DNA of 64,000 nucleotides. Origin: the human T2T-CHM13v2.0 reference genome, Homo sapiens. Positions 56,017 to 64,000 of the stretch are shown here, in pieces; within the stretch, counting starts at the first letter, position 1; each line of letters begins with the position of its first letter. The notes below the pieces were generated by a model. The model saw only the letters and a list, made by a program, of their open reading frames with translations. It was not told where the DNA came from and did no database searches. The stretch is taken from assembly GCF_009914755.1 (NCBI RefSeq), contig NC_060925.1; one strand, 5' to 3'. The position numbers and the translations under genes were made by a program.

Positions 56017-57984
56017 GTAGCATCCACCACGAAGGGTGGGGTACAGGCCAGATAATGGCCATTAGGAGTGTGGGTGTGGGAAATGGGGATGAAAGGATTG
56101 TGTGGCCCAAGAACACCTTAAGTTAGAGAGGGGGAGGCAAGGAGAGGGAGAGACAAGTGTATTGTTGGCAAGTGAAGAAATTAATGCCCAAGGAATGAAG
56201 GAATGGGAAAGAGGTCTTTGCCAAAATATCGCATAGCCCAGAAAAACTGGCTTCATCTGATAAGGGTTTATTTTTGATCCAGACCTCCTTGGAATGTTTA
56301 TCTTAGGGGGAAGTTGGGGAGGAATGAGCTCAGTAGAATTGGGCCAGCCAAACACCCACGCCTGGCAGGTATCCTTTTCTCCCCTGCAAGCTTCTCCATC
56401 CAACCCCTGCTCTTTTTGAAGTGGCACAGGGGGCAGTTGGGGTGGAGCAGGTAATAGAGATTAGTGAATCCTGCTGGAGTTTGCATATAGGGTTTGGAGG
56501 TTCCAGTGGTAGAGGGTGCATCAGGGGGTACATATTGGGCTTTCTGGCTGATTCTTTCCCTTATCCATCAAAATAAAGGGCCAGAAATTTTATGAGGGCT
56601 ATTCCACATCTGAACTTGTTTGGAGGTGAGGCTTTCCCCTTGGTTTCAGTCTTCCTCTTGCTTGACTTCTAAGTCTCTTTTCTGATTGAGGACACCATAG
56701 TAGTCAAATGATTGAGAGGGCTAATAGTGTCCATACTATCTGTAGTTCAGAAGAATGGACCTCCTCCCAACGTTCACACTTGTGAAAGAGATGGCTGTGT
56801 GCTGTGCTCTGCCCAGGTCTGAGAGCCCTGCCCTGTCTGCTGTGCAGTGCCACCTAGTGCTCTGGGCACGGATGTGCAGCCACATCTGGGCCTGGAGCCA
56901 CTTCTGTTATTGGTGTCATTGCACTAGCACGTGAGATCCTAACAGTCTCTTCTTACCAGATAGGTCTTTGTTCCTTTTTACTGTCCTGGGTCAGGGGGCC
57001 TTTCAACTCTTTCTTTCTCTTTATTATGCCATTCCAGGATTCAGGTAATTTCGTTACCTTTGCTAGCAATCTTTCTAAAAAGTGATTTTTCTTATTTTAT
57101 TCGTGGTACCAAATACGTCCTGTCCCCATACCTTAAAGCTGAATTTCCTGTACAGGCATCAGATAACAGCCAGATAACTGCCCTGTTTTCTACCCTCCAA
57201 AAAACTTACATCTTTTGGTGAAAGTCAATACCTAGAAATTTAAAACTGTGTCCTCTCCTACACCCTCCTTCTCACTCCCTTCCAAATGTTTCTAGGGCTG
57301 TGGAGTTAAAAGGTAGCAGGTAGGGGAGGAAACGTTCCCCAGTAACCTTGGCTAGTGTATCCATTCTGTGAAAAGAAAAGGCCACAGAGTCTTTTAATTA
57401 GGTGGCTTGAGTAGTTTTCCGGAATCAGGATGTGGCCTGCTTGGACTAATTAAACACCATCTCATCTTCCTGCAGTTCCCTGCCTTCCAACAGGGGGGCC
57501 AAAGCCATTACAAATTGTTTGCTGGGAGGAGACAGCGTCTCAATTTTGTCACTTAGAGACAGGATTAGAGTTTTAGGAATATCCCCACTGTGTCTTTCTC
57601 TCTACTCCTTTTAAAGCAACTGGGAACAAATCTTTCATTACCCCCTTTTCCCTCAGGGATATTCTGAAACTCATGGGAAAAGGAGTTTGCCACCCAAAAT
57701 CGGGTTCTTTTTTTCAGGTTGTGATTTAGGACAGGTGACTCATTGTGTGGGAGTGGGGACTCGTTGTGTATCAGTGACTAGATAGAGCCAGGGAAAGGTT
57801 TGTGGCATGGTGAGCTGCTAATGATAAGCAGACTGAGCTAGCACAGTATGTTCTCAAAACTCCAGGTCCTGAAAGGGTCTTGGCAGTCCCCACATGTTCT
57901 TGCACCACACTTAAGAACCACTGACTTAGGGACACTTACCCAGCTTTTCCCCATAGTCTGACCTGGGTAGATACTGTGGTTAAT

Positions 57985-58052
57985 TCTGTCCCTAGTACCT
58001 CACATGTTGCTTGGCACATGATAGGCACTCAGTAAATGTTTGAATGAATGAG
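57985..58052 (+). mobile_element. L2 3' end
   Basis: cttggcacatgataggcactcagtaaatgtttgaatgaatga. Confidence 0.8.
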
Positions 58053-58355
58053 TCAACAAAGAGAGTTATTTTCTTGGAAGCTAAGTAGTTAGGTGGTAAA
58101 AAGAGATTGCTTTCATTTGGCACTTATCTTTATAGGCACTTGGAAGAGAAAATTAGGAAGTTGTCCGTAGCTTAGCCAGTTGATAGTCCAAGATAGATAC
58201 TAGCATGAGTGAGCAAGCAAAAAATCAAAGCATCTACTCCCAGTGTCAAATCATCAATTATTTCTGAGGCACTGTAGCCAAGCCCAAGAAGCGTGAATTG
58301 GGAGGGTGAATAGTTCTAGACAGAGCATAGGAGCCAGTGTGTTTCCTCCCTGCAG

Positions 58356-58500
58356 GGAGTGGGTCCTGAAGAGCAGCATCCTCATTGCCATGGCTGTTTA
58401 CACGTACCTCCGCCTCATCGTGGACCACCATGGGACTGCCCAGCTCCAGGCCCTGCGACAGAAGGAAGTAGACTTCTGCATCTCACTGCTTCGGGAACGG
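58356..58500 (+). CDS. INTS3: INTS3 exon 7 (EWVLKSSILIAMAVYTYLRLIVDH...LLRER)
   Basis: tgcag/gtgagg sites, 145 nt, phase 2-0. Confidence 0.96.
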
Positions 58501-59539
58501 GTGAGGGAACAGGACAAAAATAATGTGGGGAAGTGAGACTCAGGCTAAGATACCTCTGGAGGTTTATGCAGTGGAGTCAGAAATACCTTGTTAGAGATGA
58601 AGGTGCATCAAGATCTGGTGTTTTCCATCATTCATCAACAGATGAGGGTAGAAAGGAGGGGGAGTTAGTGTAAAATAGCCCTAATTCCTAGAAATGCTAC
58701 CTGTTAAGCTGGCATCTTTGGGATTTCCCTGGTCAGCTTCAAGGATACTGTTGTATACCACAGACATAAGCTGTCCTTGTGTGCCTACCATGACACAGTC
58801 CCCCACCTACTCTCCTGGGTAATTCCCATGGTCTAGTGGGATTATGAATTGTCCTCTATCAGACCTCCCATGTGGCAATTAAAAATTTTTTTTACTTTTT
58901 ATTTTTGTAGATACTGGGCCTTGCTTTGTTGCCCAGGCTGATCTCAAACTCCTGGCCTCAAGTGATCCTCCCACCTCAGTCTCCCAAAGTGTTGGGATTA
59001 TAGGCGTGAGCCACTCTGCCCAGCCTAAAATTAATGTTAGATAAAAAGTTAAAATTCACTTCTCTAGTTGCATTAGCTACACGTTGCTAATGGGTTTCAT
59101 TTAGACTACACAGATATAGACATTTCTACCACAGAATCGGACCCACAGAATTAGATACTGCAGAATTTTGTTAGACAAAATAAGTTTGAGGTTAGGGTTT
59201 CTGGGGCTCAACTTGCCAGTCCCATCCTTTTGAAACTTTAATCTTCCTTGAACTGGATTGAAACAGTTCTGAGTGGAGAGGGAGGTAGATTAATGTGAAA
59301 GCCAGCAGGGCTTCAGCACTTCCCACTAACCTCTCATCCTTGATATCAGTCCCCAGCTTCCAGCTCTCTTCCCCTGAACAGCTAGGAGCCAATCCTTTGG
59401 TTCCAGAAGAAATCATAGTTTCTTCAACCCTCTTTCCTTCCCTCCCTAGAACATGTTGTTCCTTTGTCCTCCCTCCAGCAGGTAAACAATCCATGTTTTT
59501 ATTCTCTTTCCTGTCCCCCACTTCCTCTTCCCTATCAAG

Positions 59540-59669
59540 TTCATGGAATGTCTGATGATTGGTCGGGATCTCGTAAGACTACTTCAGAATGTTGCTAGGA
59601 TACCAGAATTTGAACTGCTTTGGAAAGATATTATCCATAATCCTCAGGCCTTGAGTCCTCAGTTCACAG
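59540..59669 (+). CDS. INTS3: INTS3 exon 8 ([24 protein letters not shown]...LSPQFT+G)
   Basis: tcaag/gtaagt sites, 130 nt, phase 0-1. Confidence 0.96.
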
Positions 59670-60303
59670 GTAAGTAGGGTCTTAGGCATCCTGTCCTTGA
59701 GAGCTGGGAGTTCAATGTGTATGTCTTGCTTGAATCAAGAAGGTAGAGGTTGGTGGGTAGGAGAGTCTTTGGTGGTCAGATTTAGGAAGCCTGGGACAGG
59801 GCAAGCTTTGCCAAGTACAACTGCGAATGGCAGAGGTACAGAACAATTCATGTAGTTCCTAGACAGCCCCTACTTGGCAGACTCCAGCTGCCACATTACT
59901 ACTAAGAAAAAAGTGAGACAGATAACTGTAGTCCTCCTCCCCTCTTCCTGGCAGCTCCTTGGCTCAGGAGGTGAGCCAGTGGCCAGTGTTCAGCTTCACG
60001 GAGTCTAGCAGGGGAGTCAGAGGTCAACTCGTGAGACTGAGTCAGTAGAGGGCTGGAATTAGTCCTGTAAGAGAAGGCCCCTCCCTGGGAACAGTCTTGC
60101 CTCGAATTCCAAGGATCCAGCTTGGGCAAAATCCACTTTGGAGGAGGGAGTCTCCGTGTGCCTCCTCCCGACAAGGTCCTTTTTATATCCCTTTCCCTTT
60201 CCCAGGGTCCTGCTATGTTCTGAACAATAACTGTACAGCTTTGCTCCCCACCCCACCTCAACACACACGTGCTTGTGATCGTGCATGCACCCGCTCCCCT
60301 CCT

Positions 60304-60304
60304 A

Positions 60305-60330
<26 letters not shown>
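60304..60330 (+). repeat. (AC)n microsatellite, INTS3 intron 8
   Basis: Direct reading. Confidence 0.97.
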
Positions 60331-60335
<5 letters not shown>

Positions 60336-60616
60336 TCTGAAGGCAGTTGTCCAGGACCTGGGAAGTCAGGAAAGAAGAAAGTGCTGGAAATTGTAGTACT
60401 CTTATATTGAACATCTATTTCATTGCTTTAAGTGCCTCCACTGTGTTAGACAAACATGTGTTACCTCATTTAATCTTCTGGACAGCCCTGTGAGTATTTT
60501 AGTTTCTACATTTATACATAAAGAAACTGAGGTTTGAGGCCGGGCGCGGTGGCTCACACCTGTAATCCCAGCACTTTGGGAGGCCGAGGCGGGCGGATCA
60601 CGGGGTCAAGAGTTCA

Positions 60617-60894
<278 letters not shown>

Positions 60895-60898
60895 TTAG

Positions 60899-61097
<199 letters not shown>

Positions 61098-61383
61098 TAG
61101 AGATGGAGTTTCACCATGTTGGCCAGGCTGGTCTTGAACTCCTGACCTCAAGCAATCCACCTGCCTTGGCCTCCCAAAGTGCTGAGATTACAGGCATGAG
61201 CCACCGCACCTGGCCTCTTTTTTTTTTTTTTTTTTCTGTTTTTTAAGATGGGGTGTCACCATGTTGCCAAGGCTGGTCTTGAACTCGTAGGCTCAAGGGA
61301 GCCACCTGCCTCGGCCTCCCAAGGTGCTAGGATTACAGGTGTGAGCCACCATGCTGGTCTTTTAAATTATTTTTGTTCTCTCA

Positions 61384-61487
61384 TGTCAGGCAGGTAATGT
61401 GGGGACATGGTAACAAGGTTTGAGGGAGGCACATCTCACGCATGAGTGTGAAAAACCAATAATCATGCTTATGAGCTACAATAGGAT
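61384..61487 (-). pseudogene. U13 snoRNA (SNORD13) retropseudogene, antisense in INTS3 intron 8
   Basis: Reverse strand atcctattgtagctcataagcatgattattgg..gtgagatgtgcctccctcaaaccttgttac..cacattacctgcctgac; box C reads TGATTA (mutated), box D CTGA intact. Confidence 0.92.
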
Positions 61488-61901
61488 CTGGATCCACATG
61501 TTTCTGACTCCAGGGCTCATGCTCATGCCACAAATAACATTGATTCCAGGACCCAAGGATGGGATCATCAGGAGCAGGAAGAGCAGCCAGGGTTTCCCAT
61601 ATTTTTCCCTTAACTTTCCCATCTGTTACCAGTGGGAATCATGTGGGTAGGAGACTCTGGAAGACCAGCAGAAGACAGGAAGTAATATAGCTGGGTCCTG
61701 GGGATAGTGGTTGTTTGGAGCAGAACACGTAAGTGCTGGTTGGAATCCCCACCTGTGCTTGACCTCCCTTGGTCTTGTCTTGGAATTTCTCCGTGAGCAA
61801 GACTACTGGCCATCAGTACCTGGCCCAGGTTCCCAACATGCCTTTCATTCTTTCTGGTCCTTAGGCTTCCTCTTTTCTCTTCCCTTCCACATTTGATTCA
61901 G

Positions 61902-61999
61902 GTATCCTACAGCTTCTTCAGTCAAGAACATCCCGAAAATTCCTAGCATGTCGTCTAACCCCGGACATGGAGACTAAACTCCTCTTCATGACATCCCGG
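61902..61999 (+). CDS. INTS3: INTS3 exon 9 ([33 protein letters not shown]); gene continues beyond the window
   Basis: ttcag/gtaagc sites, 98 nt, phase 1-0; exons 1-9 splice to an open 319-codon frame. Confidence 0.96.
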
Positions 62000-62542
62000 G
62001 TAAGCTAAGGTGTTGCAGCAAGAGAAGAGGTCACACGCTGGCTGGGCTTCTTGCTTCGGTCTGTGGAGCTGTTACCATTGTTTACTAACCAGTAGAATGG
62101 TGGCTAAATGATCGTACCTGATCTACCTGGCTACTGGCTTCTTTGTCCTTTATTCATTCTGTGCCTACATATTGAGCATGGTGCTAAGGATTGGGGGTAC
62201 ACTGTCGAATAAGAGAGATACAGTTCCAGCTGTTGTGAAGCTTTTAGTTTATCTAAAGTAGTCACTAAACCAATAATTATATAGAAATACTAGTATCATT
62301 TACAAGTGTGAAATATTCTATAAAGGGGAGAGTGAAAGTGTTCACGCTAAGAAACCCACGATTGCTCCAGGAGAACCATGAGGTCTCAGGAAGAAAGCTA
62401 TGTATGTTTCCAGACTTGACTGAATAATGGCAGAATTACTTGAGCATGTTAAAGATGCAGCTTCCTGGATCCCACTCTCCTAGATAATTTGATTGAGGAA
62501 TTTGTGGGGTTTTTTTTTTGGTTTTGTTTGTTTGTATTTTGA

Positions 62543-62698
<156 letters not shown>

Positions 62699-63079
62699 TA
62701 ATAGAGACGGGATTTTTCCATGTTGGTCAGGCTGGTCTCGAACTTCCGACCTCAGGTGATCCACCTGCCTCAGCCTCCCAAAGTGCTGGGATTACAGGCG
62801 TGAGCCACTGCACCCAGCCAGAATCTGTTTTTAGCAGACTTCCCAGGCCATTCCTCTGCGGCCAGTCTGGCTGTCGAGAACTGCTTTCCTAATCAGCTTT
62901 CCCAAGTCACCCAGAATAATTGTCCAGGTCTGTGTTCTACTGTGTGGTAGCCACCAGCCATGTGTTGCCATTTAAATGTAAGTTAGTCTGCAGGACTAGG
63001 TATGATAAAAATTCTTGGCCGGGCGCAGTGGCTTATGCCTGTAAACCCAGCACTTTGGGAGGCCAAGGTGGGCAGATCA

Positions 63080-63334
<255 letters not shown>

Positions 63335-64000
63335 TTAAAATTAAAAATTCACAGCTGGGCGCTGTGGCTCACATCTACAATCCCAGCACTTTGGGAGGCT
63401 GAGGCTGGTGGGAACACTTGAGGTCAGGAGTTCAAGACTAGCCGGGCAACATGATGAAACCGTGTCTCTACAAAAAATACAAAAATTAGCTGGGTGTGGT
63501 GGTAGCTACTCAGGAGGCTGAGGCAGGAGAATCACTTGAACCCAGACGCAGGAGGCAGAGGTTACAGTGAGCTGAGATCGTGCCACTGCACTCCAGCCTG
63601 GGCAACAGAATGAGATTCCATCTCAAACAACAACAAAAAAATTCAGAGCCTGGTGCAGTGGCATGTGCCTGTAATCCCAGCTTCTCAGGAGGCTGTGGTG
63701 GGAGGATTGCTTGAACCCAGGAGTTAGAGACCAGCCTGGGCTCAAGCAATCCTCCCATCAATGAGACCCTGTCTCTTAAAAAATAATAATTGGGGCCAAG
63801 TGCGGTGGCTCACGCCTGTAATCTCAGTACTTTGGGAGGCCAAGGCGGGTGGATCACTTGAGAGCAGGAGTTCGAGACCAGCCTGACCAACATGGTGAAA
63901 CCCCGTCTCTACTAAAAATACAAAAATCAGCCAGGCATGGTGGCATGTGCCTGTAATCCCAACTACTTGGGAGGCTGAGGCAGGAGAATCGCTTGAACCT

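Noticed and set aside
61384-61487. Functional intronic snoRNA
   Set aside because: Antisense to the host transcript and box C is mutated

Overview
Human genomic DNA, recognisable as the NPR1-INTS3 interval (1q21.3). On the + strand it holds the last two coding exons and 3' UTR of NPR1 (370-~1257), about 34 kb of very Alu-dense intergenic DNA, then the CpG-island promoter, long 5' UTR and coding exons 1-9 of INTS3 (35904-61999; 319 codons, gene continues past the window). There are retrocopies of GEMIN2, 7SL, Y3 RNA and U13 snoRNA, several ERV1-class LTRs with readable target-site duplications (TSDs), DNA-transposon fossils and one human-specific AluYb8. Nearly all ORFs in the supplied track are Alu or low-complexity artefacts. 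The strongest unexplained structure is a complex inversion-with-duplication at about 23.3-30.6 kb. The GEMIN2 retrocopy, the Alu inserted in it and an LTR are each split into halves on opposite strands, and a ~0.7-1 kb inverted duplicate has a patchily homogenised core. Other candidates are a strong-Kozak uORF and hairpin/TAGGG array in the INTS3 5' UTR, possible microexons in INTS3 introns 3 and 6, a templated-insertion repair scar, an Alu-Alu unequal-crossover scar and an Alu-7SL chimera. Repeat family names come from recalled consensus sequences and need RepeatMasker/Dfam confirmation. I see no evidence for a wholly new gene system.
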